Positions 11,850 to 24,513 of a stretch of DNA of 64,000 nucleotides are shown here, piece after piece (positions within the stretch are counted from its first letter, which is position 1; the number at the start of each line of letters is the position of its first letter). Both the position numbers and the translations under genes were made by a program. The notes beneath the pieces were generated by a model that was given only the letters and a program-made list of their open reading frames with translations, did no database searches and had not been told where the DNA came from. The stretch comes from Octopus sinensis (lineage: Eukaryota), in contig NC_043015.1 in the NCBI RefSeq assembly GCF_006345805.1, positions 50,034,001 through 50,098,000 on the forward strand, in the 5' to 3' direction.

Positions 11850-13000
11850 CCCAAATATGCCACTATTCTCAACATGAGAGACTATACATATGCAGTCATT
11901 GTAGCTTCACCCATTTACCTGGGACAAGACACACAATTCGTACAAGCAATAACAGCCAATGTCAAACCACACGTCTCACACCACCACTAAATGCTGAATC
12001 ATGCTTAATAACTTCTACACATGTAACCTGGAATCCTAAAATCTGCTGCTATTCTTAACACAAAAGGTTATGTCTGACGTGTGACTGTCCCTTCACCCAT
12101 CTTCCAGGGACTCAATGCATTAGTAAAAACATGACACCAAATCACTACCAAACCCATGGGAGAAACATCCCTTGCAGTGGCAATGTTGGTGCAGACTTAC
12201 ATTGAAACCCGGAAGTCACCCAGATATCTACTGGGTACAATAGTAAAATCAACAGCCACAAACCATGTAATTATAACCATATTCAACAATGCAACCATAC
12301 CAAGTCCAGACAATAACCCCTCCCCAAAGAAGAAATTTAGCAATGATGAAAAGAAATAAAAAGAAAATAATAAATTCTAGCTCTCACACAGCCCCAACCA
12401 CGGCTATTACCTCAGTGCACACCTATACCATTGTTGTCATTAAACCACAAACTTAACTCACTTAAAATGCAGAATGTACAAGGTCTTTCCCACTTCACAA
12501 AAACATACAAACAAAAGAACCATACCTTAGAGTCCTTGTACAGCGAGAAAAGACAATATGTGTGGCACTAAGTGAAACGCACCTGACCCCAGACATATCG
12601 GACGTAGAAGTACATATGTCAGGTTATGCACTACTCAGAACTAACTACAGAATACAGAAACAAGGAGAAATAGCGATCTTCACCCAAGAAGACCTGGTAA
12701 CAAATGTCCTCCTCTCTCACTTCAACACAGTGTGCATTATACACTAATAATGCATGCGATTGACCTCAAATTGATCATAAGCATTACCTACTGTCTTCCT
12801 GATACGACTAACCATGCTTTGTCGCTCGTAAACCAAACCTCAAATAAGGCCAGTCCACAGGCCAATGTGATTTTAGCAAGTGATTTTAATTTTCTTAGTC
12901 TCAACCCGAAATTAAACAATGGAATGTAAAAGATATGAATGCTCTTCTCAATACCACTAAAGACTTCCTTATGAAACAAAAATCATCACCCATCCAACTA
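11850..13000 (+). pseudogene. Decayed CR1/L2-group LINE: ORF1 Cys/His motifs and APE endonuclease
   Basis: Two ICxYSxHxRLxxxxxCxFTHLPGT motifs (~11850-12120); ALSETHLTPDISDVEVHMSGYALLRTNYRIQKQGEIAIF and VILASDFNF (12562-12929) match the AP-endonuclease pattern; stops and frameshifts. Confidence 0.7.
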
Positions 13001-13074
13001 CCTGGTCTTTACCACCAATACAGACTCCATTCACAATATTCATGTGATATATATATTTTTATGTACATACATAC

Positions 13075-13105
<31 letters not shown>

Positions 13106-13199
13106 AGACAGGCCTCTTTCATTTTCCGTCTACCAAATCCACTCACAAGGCTTTGGTTGGCCCAAGACTATGGTGGAAGACACTTGCCCAAGGGTGGCG

Positions 13200-13894
13200 C
13201 ATGTCTCTTACTCCAGGATTGCTTTCTCTGAACATTTCGGTAGATAATCCATTTCTCATCACCTGTCACAATTTGCTTTAAAAAAGGTGCATTTTCATTT
13301 CATTTATAAAGCAAATCACAGGTGGAAATGCAATCCAAAAGGTTCTTCTCACTCAACTCATGTGGTACCCAAACATTGTAGCGATTTGTGTACCCAAGCT
13401 TTACCAGGTGCTCATGAACGATGGATTTTGATAGGTTGAGGCTTTCTGCCAATTCTCAAGTTGTGCAATGTGGGTTATTCTCAATTAATGACTTGATTTT
13501 TGTCATCATCTGTAGTGGATGGTCTGCCTGATCGCTTTTATCAATAAAACTACAATCTCCAGCTCGGAACCTTGTGAACCACTTCCGTACAGTTCTTTCG
13601 GATAAAGGAACATCACCGTAAACTGCACATGTTTCTTTGGTTGCTTGTGAGGCATTTTTCTCCTTACGGAAAAAGAAAAGCATCAAGTGCCGAAAATGAA
13701 CTTTCTTATCTTCCATTTTAAAGGGTTACAGAATTAACACGGGTTATAGGAACATAAACCTTCTTCCACAAAAAAGATAGCTTAAACTGTGCTCTAAATG
13801 GCGGTTAGTCAAATCCTATTTTATGGACTCAACCATGTTCTAAAATAAGTCGAAAGGTAAGCTATTATAAATCGGCACGAACTTTCTGGACAAC

Positions 13895-13898
<4 letters not shown>
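13200..13898 (-). mobile_element. Mariner transposon, left end plus truncated transposase
   Basis: TA plus TIR ttaggttgtccagaaagttcgtgc at 13898; N-terminal HTH region (MEDKKVHFRHLMLFFFRK..SERTVRKWFTRF), WVPHEL motif and IVTGDEKW (first catalytic D); frameshift and stop. Confidence 0.9.
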
Positions 13899-13942
<44 letters not shown>

Positions 13943-14139
13943 AATTGAGATAGGGGTTGTGAGTGTAACCCACTATGGGATAACATATATCCAATATACT
14001 GCCAGTAAAGCACGTTGGTTAATAAATTATGTGAATGGGTATTATCTGGTAGTTGATTATTGATTAAAGTGTATTCCTCCATTTTCTTATTTTGTATTAT
14101 ATGTCTTGCAAACTACTAGCACATGCAAGTGCTACCAGT

Positions 14140-14365
14140 CAAAAGCTCCATATACCGGTAGCCAGCAAGTGTATGGGGTCATCAGGAGAGAATGCGCGCC
14201 ATTTCGGGGCCTACCTCTCGACGGCATCAATGCGCACCGGCCCCCCTCACTGATATGCGGCCCCGCTTGCTAGATCAGCTGGTTATGAAGAACTCAATAT
14301 ACTTCTAGCCATCATTCATCGTCTCTTTTTAACCAAATCCAGTGGCTAGCCTTCTCCACTGTAGA
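14140..14365 (-). mobile_element. HERO-like (REL-type) non-LTR element C-terminus and 3' UTR
   Basis: Translates EKASHWIWLKRDDE, resembling the AExASxWxWxKR end motif; related fragment at ~62050-62290. Confidence 0.55.
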
Positions 14366-14369
14366 TTGG

Positions 14370-14453
<84 letters not shown>

Positions 14454-14976
14454 TTGTCACTAAAGTGACAAAGGGCATTAATCAGCGCCAGCATTGCTAG
14501 AAATAACAGTCAAAACAACTAAATAGCTACATATATAACCTGCCTTTACAGGATTAGCGAAGTGCTGATGTAGTTAAGAGTAAATTTGTGTGTTTTGTTA
14601 AAAAAAAAACACTCACACATTTTCAATTCAAATCATTTTGAAATTTTGTTCACACAAAGCAGCAGCAGCGGAACAAATTAAAATCATGCCAGAATGCATA
14701 TACAAAAGAAAGAAGTAAGTTTTTGTGTGCAGTCGCCTGCAAAACAAAGGACTGTGCGTGGTGTTGGTTGAACAGTCTGCAGAAAAGGACTTTACCAAGA
14801 GGAAGAAGTAGAGCTGTAACTACTTCACAATTCAACATTGAATTGTGAAGTAGTTACAAGAGGACAGAGTACAAGTAGCAAAGGCAAAGACATTTTGAAC
14901 AGGAAACTTCAGGGTGTGGTGACCTGAATAATAATAATAATAATAATAATATAACAATAATAATAATAATAATAAC

Positions 14977-15010
<34 letters not shown>

Positions 15011-15477
15011 TAAAAGATGGGCTACAGCAAATATTCTGCTCAATACCACAGATTTGCTTGTCAGTTGTTTGACCTTAACCAGTTGAGCATGTCCCTTAGT
15101 GGCTGATGATATGTGCATCTCTGATCACGAGCAGAAGTAGTGGGGGAGCATCATAGCCATGTGTTGAGAGGGATTCTTTGGGGTTTGAATAGTTCACCTC
15201 TGGAAACATGGGTGGTTCTTTCAACATCCTTAAACAACCCTTATTCAGGGACCGTTTGAGCAGGATGGGCTACTCAAAATGAAGAAAATTCTAACTGGGC
15301 CCCACCTGCAAGGTCATGTGCTGTTTATCTTGATATGAGATCACCATGTCGCGCACATATGGTTGTGATGCATGTGCCTGGTGTACCTTTATCAGACGGG
15401 TAGTCATGATGGGTATATTGGGCTTCGTATATTTTACCCCAGTGTCACTTTGATGGCATGAACTGCTCTCTCACTCA

Positions 15478-15549
15478 ATGATAATAATAATAATAATGAT
15501 AATAATAATAATAATAATAATAATGATAATAACAACAATAATAATAATT

Positions 15550-15580
<31 letters not shown>

Positions 15581-15603
15581 TAATAATAATAATGATAATA
15601 ATG

Positions 15604-15640
<37 letters not shown>

Positions 15641-15655
15641 TAATAATAATAACAT
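15478..15655. repeat. (ATA)n microsatellite
   Basis: Read directly. Confidence 0.95.
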
Positions 15656-15702
15656 CGAAAAATACCTTAGGAATGAGAACCCAGGTTCGAAATTTCCCCC
15701 AA

Positions 15703-15748
15703 GACACCTGATGAAGGCTGGAGGGTATACCAGCCGAAACATTGTGTT
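15703..15748 (+). ncRNA. Minimal type I hammerhead ribozyme, near-canonical
   Basis: gacac-CTGATGA-a-ggctgg(agggtata)ccagcc-GAAA-c a-TT-gtgtt. Stems I and II pair; stem III has C-A where C-G is expected. Confidence 0.75.
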
Positions 15749-16159
15749 AACAACAAACAAGATGAGGACAAATATCCGTCAAATGTAAATAATGTAAATA
15801 ACAATAAGTAGTCAAAGGGGCCAGTATTGTCACATTCTATGTTGTACTGGATCTCCCTGGAGTGCTCAACCACTTGCACGTTGATCTCAGGAGCAGGCTG
15901 TTCCATTGATTGGATCAACTGGAACCCTCATTGTCATCATACCAGTGACATTCATTTCCTGTTTAGCATGGAAACATGTTAGAGTTGGTGGCAGGAAAGG
16001 CACCTGGCCCATAGAATATCTGCTACAATGAATTCTGTCCGACTCATGCAAGCGTGGACAAGGTAGACATTAAAACAAGGACACACTGCAATGACAGCGA
16101 TGACAATAACGGCTGCGATAATTAATGGTGCTGACAGTGGTGGGGGTAGTGGTGGTGAA

Positions 16160-16373
16160 GGCAACCAAGCAACAATGATGATGATTACAAAGGTAGTGTT
16201 GGTGATGATAATGATGATGATGATGACGACGGTGGTGGTGGTGCTGCTGCTGCTGATGATGATGGTGATGATGACAATGATGGTGATGACAATAACAATA
16301 ACAATGACGATGATGTCAATGATGATGATGATGTTGACGTCGATGATGATGTTGATGCCGATGATGATGAGGA

Positions 16374-16413
<40 letters not shown>

Positions 16414-16485
16414 AACAAAGACGACGACGATGATGGCGATATAAAGCTAAAATAACAATTACAACAACAACAACAACAACAAAAA
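16160..16485. repeat. Degenerate (GAT/GGT/ACA)n triplet array
   Basis: Read directly; source of the poly-Met ORF. Confidence 0.9.
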
Positions 16486-17419
16486 CAAAACAGTTGTGAC
16501 CTTTACTTTTTAAAAATTACAATAGAATGATGCGGGGGTGTGGATGGGGGCTCTTGGTGGCCGGAGGGGAGGTGGGGGCTTTTTTTCTCCATCTCTTCCT
16601 CCTCCAGCCTCTCCTCCCTTCATTGCATAAATTATTTCGGCTACATAAAACCACAAAGCATAACCCCCCCCCCCTGCCATCTAATGGCATAATTTATTAC
16701 TTCAGCTTTCTATTTCCTGGTACAGCTCACAAGCGAATAACTAACGGCCACTGCCGATTCCTATAGGAAACAAATCAACAGATAGATTCCACTTTGGTAG
16801 AACTTGACAGCAGAACAGAAAAAAATTCATTATTGATATCCACTGCCAAAGCGGTTTAAAAATAGCGAAGTGTTATGGGATTTTATTTCATACTTCTGTT
16901 GTATTGGACATATTTTTCAGATAATCCAATAATTGTGTGAGGACTATATAAAACAGTTTTAATTCATTTTTTATAGTTTTTGTACAAATAAGCATGAACA
17001 ATGGACATATGATAATTAGTTTTTATTGATGTTAATGATTCAGAATTTTCGCTTCAAGAAGGAATTGCAATGCAGGTGTACGTGGGCAAGTGAAGAAATG
17101 TCTGTTACTGTTACAACCCTGGGCTGGCTAAGAGCCTCGTGAGTGGACCTGCTAGGCAGAAACCAAAGAAAACCTATGTTATATGTATGCTGGCAGTGAT
17201 CCAGCATGGCCACAGCCAATGGCTGAAACATATGAAAGAATAAAAGAATACAGATATACATTTTTCATCATAATCATCATCCTCATTGCTTTTGTTGCTC
17301 ACTTTTCCATATGTACACGGGGTGGATGGAGTTTATTGAGGCAGATTTTCTACAGCTTGATGCCCTCACTGATACCAACCTATACATTTCCAAGTAATGT
17401 ATATATAATATATATATAT

Positions 17420-17679
17420 ATATCATAATCATCATCATCGTTTAATGTCCGTTTTCCGTGCTAGCATGGGTTGGACGGTCTGACCGGGGTCTGGGAAGCC
17501 AGAAGGTTGCACCAGGCTCCAGTCTGATCTGGCAATGTTTCTGCAACTGCATGCCCTTCCTAACGGCAACCACTCCGTGAGTGTAGTGGTTGCTTTTTAT
17601 GTGCCACCGGCACAGGTGCCAGGGGAGGCTGGCAGTGGCCACCATCGGTTGGTGCTTTTTACGTGCCACCGTGGCAGAA
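17420..17679 (-). mobile_element. RTE LINE 3' end
   Basis: Family tail and UTR. Further copies: 19352-19617 (+), 23395-23730 (-), 25617-25855 (-), 41467-41930 (-), 45372-45660 (-), 52945-53172 (-), 57775-57970 (-), 59625-60065 (+). Confidence 0.8.
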
Positions 17680-17915
17680 GAGACCACTATGTGGATCCCC
17701 TGTATACTAAAAATAGGTGTCAAACCATCTTACCACGAAATCTGTGTTCTCAAATTAGCAGGACACTAGATGTTTACAAGATAGACAAATGAAAAGAAAT
17801 AAACATTTGCCTAGCTTGTAAACATCTAGTGTCTTGCTAATTTGAGAACACAGATTTCATGGTAAGACAGTTTGAAGTCTATTTTTAGCATACAAGCGGT
17901 CCACACAGTGGTCTC
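17680..17915. repeat. Fold-back palindrome (arms ~112 bp, 12-nt loop)
   Basis: gagaccact..gacaaatg / aaaagaaataaa / catttgcc..gtggtctc. Confidence 0.95.
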
Positions 17916-18036
17916 TCATATTGTTTATATTTAAACAGAATTCACAGTCCTCGGACATTTTTAAAGTATGCTGACCACTGGTTGAAATTGATATTATTTA
18001 ATAATATTATTTAATGATATTAATTTCTACTCTTGT

Positions 18037-18325
18037 GGAGGCGCAATGGCCCAGTGGTTAGGACAGCAGACTTGCAGTCGTAGGATCGTCGTTTCGATTC
18101 CCAGACTGGGTGTTGTGAGTGTTTATTGAGCGAAAACATCTAAAGCTCCACAAGGCTCCGGCAGGGGGTGGTGGTGATCCCTGCTGTACTCTTTCACCAT
18201 AATTTTCTCTCACTCTTTCTTCTGTTGGCCTGCTCACTTAGCCAGCAGGGTAGCATCATTTGAAGGCTAAAACAATGCAAAGTGCATTGAGACCAGCAAT
18301 GTGTAGCAACATCTGATAGTTTGGT
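18037..18325 (+). mobile_element. tRNA-derived SINE family 2
   Basis: tggaggcgcaatggcccagtggttagg head. Confidence 0.8.
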
Positions 18326-19815
18326 CGGAAAATGAAAAAGAAAAGAAAAGAAAAAGAATTTCTACTCCTATTATATATATCAAATACATGCGCAGTACAA
18401 TAATATATTGCAAAAAGACAGAAAAATGGACAATAAAGGAGACATAAAGTAGAAAGGGTTCTAAGAATTAACACTTCCTTCTCTAAGCCTAGATTCGAAA
18501 CCGAATCCAAGAATTCTCGGTCATCCAAACCACGACGATCAACAGGCGCGAAAAAAGGTTTTCTTTGTCCTGTCAAAAATTGATTGATCATCTCCCTTTG
18601 ACCTGCAACCTCAGCATGTCAGGCGAAGTTCAACTGGACAAGCGCTGACCTATTTAGGTACAAACTCTGCTGCAGTATGTCTGTCTTTCTAGCTGCCACA
18701 AATATTATAAAACCGGTGGTGAAACACCAGAGGCAGACAGACGAGATAGATCTATCTACAACCCAAGGTTTTTGCAGACCGCAGGGACAGAGAGAAATGT
18801 TCGAAGTGCCGATAGACTACTGTTTCCAATGAAACAAACACACATGCACACACACAAACATATTCATTCCTAATATGTACTCTGTATCTCTAGCAACTCG
18901 TAGCAGTTGCCTACATTTTATATGTAGTGTACCTATAACAAATCAAACTCTGTAAATAAATTCCTTTCAATCAGTTTACGTATTTGTTTACATACACACT
19001 TAACCACTACAGGGTGCACAGGTACATCAGAATTAGTGTTAGTGAATTTTGAAAAGTGCAGAATTTTTGAAGGGCGCAGTCTCCTGACAGCTAATGACCG
19101 AAGCAGGTAGTTTATTCCCTGCTTCATCAATTCTGAGTATGAAAAAGTGTTTACAAAAGTCAAGAGTGTTGCACTTTTTGTTTATATTTTGCAAGTTCAT
19201 TTACTAGTGGTAGAGGTATTGAATGGGAAAAAAAAAGGGAGCCAAAGTTGTTCTATGTCTGCACTCAGTGGCCCAACACCACAAATAATGCATTTATGTT
19301 CTGTTTTAAATTTATGATACCTTAACATAAAGAGCATAAATACACACACACATCGACTGGCTTCTGTGCCGGTGGCACGTAAAATGCACCAATCCGATCA
19401 TGGCCGTTACCAGCCTCACCTGACACCTGTGCCGGTGGCATGTAAAAAGCACCCTCTACACTCACAGAGTGGTTGGCGTTAGGAAGGGCATCCAGCTGTA
19501 GAAACACTGCCAGACCAGACTGGAGCCTGGTGCAGCCTTCTGGCTTCCCAGATCCCGGTCGAACCATCCAACCCATGCTAGCATGGAAAATGGACGTTAA
19601 ATGATGATGATGATGATATATATATATATATTATCAACAACATATGCTTAACGTATGTGACTCATGTATTTGCGAGTTGACTGCAATTTGGTGTGGTGGA
19701 GATTACTCGTTTTGAAAGCACCAGATATTGAAAGACCTGACAGTCATGGACAGGTGAGACAGCTCACTCCAGATCTCATCCAGGAGTGATGGACATCGAT
19801 GTTTCACCATCTCTG

Positions 19816-19978
19816 TGGCTTATCAACATCACATACCCAAACTGGGTCAGAGATTAATCATATCACCAGTCCATGAGTAATATGCATACAGTATGTTGGC
19901 TTATCAACATCACATACCCAAACTGGGTCAGAGATTAATCATATCACCAGTCCATGAGTAATATGCATACAGTATGTT
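19816..19978. repeat. Perfect 81-bp tandem duplication
   Basis: tggcttatcaacatc..cagtatgt repeated at 19816 and 19897. Confidence 0.95.
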
Positions 19979-20472
19979 TCTTCCAATTACTTTAAATAAA
20001 ACAAAGAATTTAGTAAAATAACTAAGTAATCATTCAGCTAATGTTAGTAACTTAAGTTGTGACTAAGGTTTGGTAGAAGAATTTAATTCAAAACTTATGA
20101 AAACAAGACATTTGTACTCAGAGCCAGAGCTGGTTGCAGCTGGGTTGGTGACGAAAGGATTAAGACAGAAAAATGAAGTGGATGTGATGTTTTGAGCACG
20201 GCTCTTCATCAGAAGATGGAACCAGGAAAGGTCGTGTGAGAAGGAAAATAGTAGTCCAAGAAATGCACATGTGTGGTTCCATAGCTGAAGTGATTGGAAG
20301 TCTTGTATTTTTTCTGTCAGCCTCTTTTACCATTGATACACATATAAATATATATTGTTCTGGGTTTAGTCCCCCTACATGGCACCTTGGCAGCTATCCT
20401 CTACTACAGCTTCAGGCTGATCAAAACCTTGTGAGTGGATTTGGTAGACAGAAAGTGAAAGGAGCTCATCAT

Positions 20473-20572
<100 letters not shown>

Positions 20573-21200
20573 ATATATACATATATGTACACATACATAT
20601 ATATATATTTACATACACACACACATATATATATCATCATGTTAAACCCTGCACATTTTATTTCTCTCTGTTTTTCTTTTTTTCTCCCCATTTTTTTCCT
20701 TTCACTCCTTTCTATCGAAGCGCATAAGCTTGAAACATCAAAGACTTTTCTTTTCTGCCTGAGCGCCAAACTAATACACCTGCTTGCTGCTCCCTCACCT
20801 GTCTTCATCTTTTGTTTTCTGCAAATTTGAACTCTGTGCGTGTGTGTGTGTGTGTATGTGTGTGTGTCTTTGTGTCTGTGTGTGTGTCTTTGTGTCTATG
20901 TTTGTACTTTACCACCCTTGACAACTAGTACGGATGTGTTTACACCTTTGTAACATAGCAGTTCAGCAAAAGAGCCCAACAAAATAAGCATCAGGCTTAA
21001 CAAAAAGAGTTCTGGAGTTGATTAATTTGACTAAAAATTCTTCAAGGCGATGCCCCAGCATGGCCGCAGTCTAACGACTGAAACAAGTAAAAGATGAAAG
21101 AACATTTGTTGGAGAGAAGAAATATTGCATCTAAAAATTATCCAATGTCTCCTTCATTTTCTAAAACAGTTAGTGTAAGTTGAGATAGATTTGTTGTTTG

Positions 21201-21589
21201 GTTGTGTGGTAAGTAGCTTGCTAACCAACCACATGGTTCCGGGTTCAGTCCCACTGCATGGCATCTTGGGCAAGTGTCTTCTGCTATAGCCTCGGGCCGA
21301 CCAAAGCCTTGTGAGTGGATTTGGTAGACGGAAACTGAAAGAAGCCTGTCGTATATATGTATATATATGTATGTGTGTATATGTTTGTGCGTCTGTGTTT
21401 GTCCCTCTAGCATTGCTTGACAACCGATGCTGGTGTGTTTACGTCCCCGTCACTTAGCGGTTCGGCAAAAGAGACCGATAGAATAAGTACTGGGTTTACA
21501 AAGAATAAGTCCCGGGGTCGATTTGCTCGACTAAAAGGCGGTGCTCCAGCATGGCCGCAGTCAAATGACTGGCACAAGTAAAAGAGTAA
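21201..21589 (+). mobile_element. SINE family 1
   Basis: Full length. Other copies: 22385-22770 (+), 23852-24237 (-), 26095-26497 (-), 27228-27778 (-, internal duplication), 31817-32229 (+), 35088-35478 (-), 38325-38732 (-), 47648-48010 (+), 49040-49457 (+), 50424-50690 (-), 51860-52268 (-). Confidence 0.85.
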
Positions 21590-21684
21590 GGCTAGCGACT
21601 ACAAAACACGTCCCATCAGTAGCTTATAAAGACAGTTTGGGGCTCAGAGTGCTCTCCCTTTTTTTCAGTGTTTATTTTTGGTAG

Positions 21685-21792
21685 GTTGACTTAGGGACTA
21701 CCACAGCTGACGGCGAATATTATGAACTGGTGATCAAAGATAACGGTCTGGTTGGCCAAATAGATAATTTAATACCTTTTATAAATTTCGCA
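21685..21792 (+). CDS. Candidate internal coding exon, product unknown (VDLGTTTADGEYYELVIKDNGLVGQIDNLIPFINFA)
   Basis: Non-repeat sequence; pyrimidine tract ending ggtag at 21684, donor gtaagg at 21793; 108 nt, open, phase 0-0. No homolog recognised. Confidence 0.35.
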
Positions 21793-22848
21793 GTAAGGCA
21801 GCGTAATATTCTTCAAATACTCACTAGTGTCGCCAAAATGAGGCATTCTTTGAAACACTCGGAAAAACAGACAAAACTTGAAACAAAAAAACTGATAGAA
21901 AAAGGAAGAGTTTGACAAGAATTATTGAGGACTTTTTTCATAATTTTCAACAAAGTTATCTCCCCTGAAATAATTTATGAGCGAGAACATAATCATAATT
22001 TATCTACGTGAGTATATAATGTGTGTGTGTGTGGAGAGAGAGCTGTATCTGTTATATTTTATTTGTTTCAGTCATTGGACTGCTGCCATGCTGGAGCACC
22101 GCCTTGAAGTTTCTTAGTGGAGCGCATGGATCTCGGTTATTAGTTATTGATTGATTGACTGATTTGAAGACTGATGTTTATTTTATCGGTCTCTTTTACC
22201 GAAGTGATCAGTTTCGGGGACGTAAACAAACCAGCACCGGCTGTCAAGCGGTGATGGAAGCAACAGCAAACACAAAGACGCGCGCACTCACGCAAATGTG
22301 TGTGCGTGCATGGTTGTGAAGATGCGCGGCCAAGTGATTAATGGTCACAGTCAAATGACTGAAACAAGTAAAAGAATATGTATATGCAGGAGTGGCTGTG
22401 TGGTAAGTAGCTTGTTTACCAACCACATCGTTCCGGGTTCAGTCCCACTGCGTGACACCTTGGGCAAGTGTCTTCTACTATAGTCTCGGGCCGACCAAAG
22501 CCTTGTGAGTGGATTTGGTAGACGGAAACTGAAAGAAGCCCAATGTGTGTGCGTGTATGTTTGTGTGTCTGTGTTTGTCCCCCTAGCATTGCTTGACAAC
22601 CGATGCTGGTGTGTTTATGTCCCCGTCACTAAGCGGTTCGGCAAAAGAGACTAATAGAATAAGTACTAGGCTTACAAAGAATAAGTCCCAGGGTCGAGTA
22701 GCTCGATTAAAGACGGTGCTCCAGCATGGCCGCAGTCAAATGACTGAAACAAGTAAAAGAGTAAAAGAGAGAGTATATATATATACATACACACACCTGT
22801 ACCTTCTTGTTACTCATTTATACACATATGCACGCACACACACACACA

Positions 22849-23198
22849 CAAACCTGGGTACCAAACCGTTAATCTGTTAATCATTAATTAATGAAGTGAA
22901 CATTTTAATTAATGAATAAACTTATATGTTAATTTGGAAATCATTATTTCCGTTACATGTAACTTTTGTTAACTCGAGTCAATTAAAGTTAACAGATTTT
23001 CTAGTTTTGGCACTTTTTAAAGAGGTTTTGGAGCAAATGCTGATTTTTTTTTTTGTTATTTCTATAATAAAAATTTATGTTAATGGTTTATCCATAGCTT
23101 CCATTACATTTTTAAAGAATTAACTTATCAAAGTTAACTTTTTGGTTAACGGATTGACAGTGAACAAAGTTAACATTTCAATTAATGGTGCCTACCTT
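22849..23198. mobile_element. Possible MITE with repeated GTTAAC motifs
   Basis: Degenerate termini caaacctgggtacc / ggtgcctacctttg; five gttaac motifs clustered toward the ends. Confidence 0.35.
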
Positions 23199-23749
23199 TG
23201 TATAATACATAGATATGTATAAATATTAAAGGAAATAGAGAAATACAATTGACATATTATAAATTTATTAACATTATAATGTAATATAATTATACTATAA
23301 AAAGATATAATATAAAAATCAATGAAAATTGGATGTTCTCCATCCCTTTGGAGGAAATTGTTTTTTCCTTGGATTGAATAATACGTATATATGAACATCA
23401 TCATCATCATCATTATCATCATTTAATGTCTGTTTTCCATGCTGGCATGGGTTGGACGGTTTGATTAAAGTCTGGAAAGCCAGCATCTGCACCAGTCTCC
23501 AATCTCATCTGGCAATATTTCTACAACTGGATGCACTTCCTAATGCCAATCACTCCGAGAGTGTAGTGGGTGCTTTTTACATGCCAACTGCACAGGAGCC
23601 AGTCAGGCGGATCTGGCATCGATCACATTCGGATAGTGCTTTTTATGTGCCACTGGCACAGGAACTAATCAAGGGGCAAAGCTACAGCTACGATTTTGGT
23701 TGTATGTCTGGTGTTGCATGTCCAGCTCATTTAAAAGTGTATGTATGTA

Positions 23750-23786
<37 letters not shown>

Positions 23787-23800
23787 GATGATGATGATGA

Positions 23801-23835
<35 letters not shown>

Positions 23836-24399
23836 CATACATATATACATATTCTTTTACTTGTTTCAGTCATTTGACTGTGGCCATGCTGGAGCACTGC
23901 CTTTAGTCGACCAAACCGACCCCAGGACTTATTCTTTGTAAGCCTAGTATTTATTCTATCAGTCTCTTTACCGAACCGCTAAGTTACGGGGACGTAAACA
24001 CACCAGCATTGGTTGTCAAGTGATGTTGGGGGGGACAAACACAGACACACAAACATATACGCACACACACTCACATACACACACACACATATATACATAC
24101 GATGGGCTTCTTTCAGTTTCCATCTACTAAATCCACTCACAAGGCTTTGATTGGCCCGAGGCTATAGTAGAAGACATTTGCCCATGATGGCGTGCAGTGG
24201 GACTGAACCCAGAACTACTTACCACACAGCCACTCCAACGCCTCTTTCCTTGTTTGGTTTTAAAATAGTGGTATTGTCTCGAATTATATTATATATATAT
24301 ATAACGGGAGCTTTATGAAAATAAACAAAAGACGAAGGCAGGTGGAAAACAAACGAACAATTGTATTAGTATGGCGCTCAGGAAATATAAATAAAACAG

Positions 24400-24437
24400 T
24401 CTTTAACGTTTCGAGCCTACGCTCTTCAACAGAAAGA
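24400..24437 (-). ncRNA. Hammerhead-like motif with variant core (CUGUUGA)
   Basis: Minus strand: tcttt-CTGTTGA-a-gagc(gtag)gctc-GAAA-cg-TT-aaaga. All stems pair; stem III palindromic (aacgtt). Decayed relatives at 20708-20743 (+) and 42039-42074 (-). Confidence 0.65.
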
Positions 24438-24463
24438 TACACAGAGAGAGAAAAACACAGAAA

Positions 24464-24513
<50 letters not shown>

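Noticed and set aside
14170-14240. GAAA..CTGATGA on the minus strand (permuted hammerhead?)
   Set aside because: The stem II strands (cccc/cccc) cannot pair.
18037-18110. tRNA-like sequence with A/B boxes
   Set aside because: It is the head of SINE family 2 and continues into the SINE body; no complete cloverleaf or terminator.
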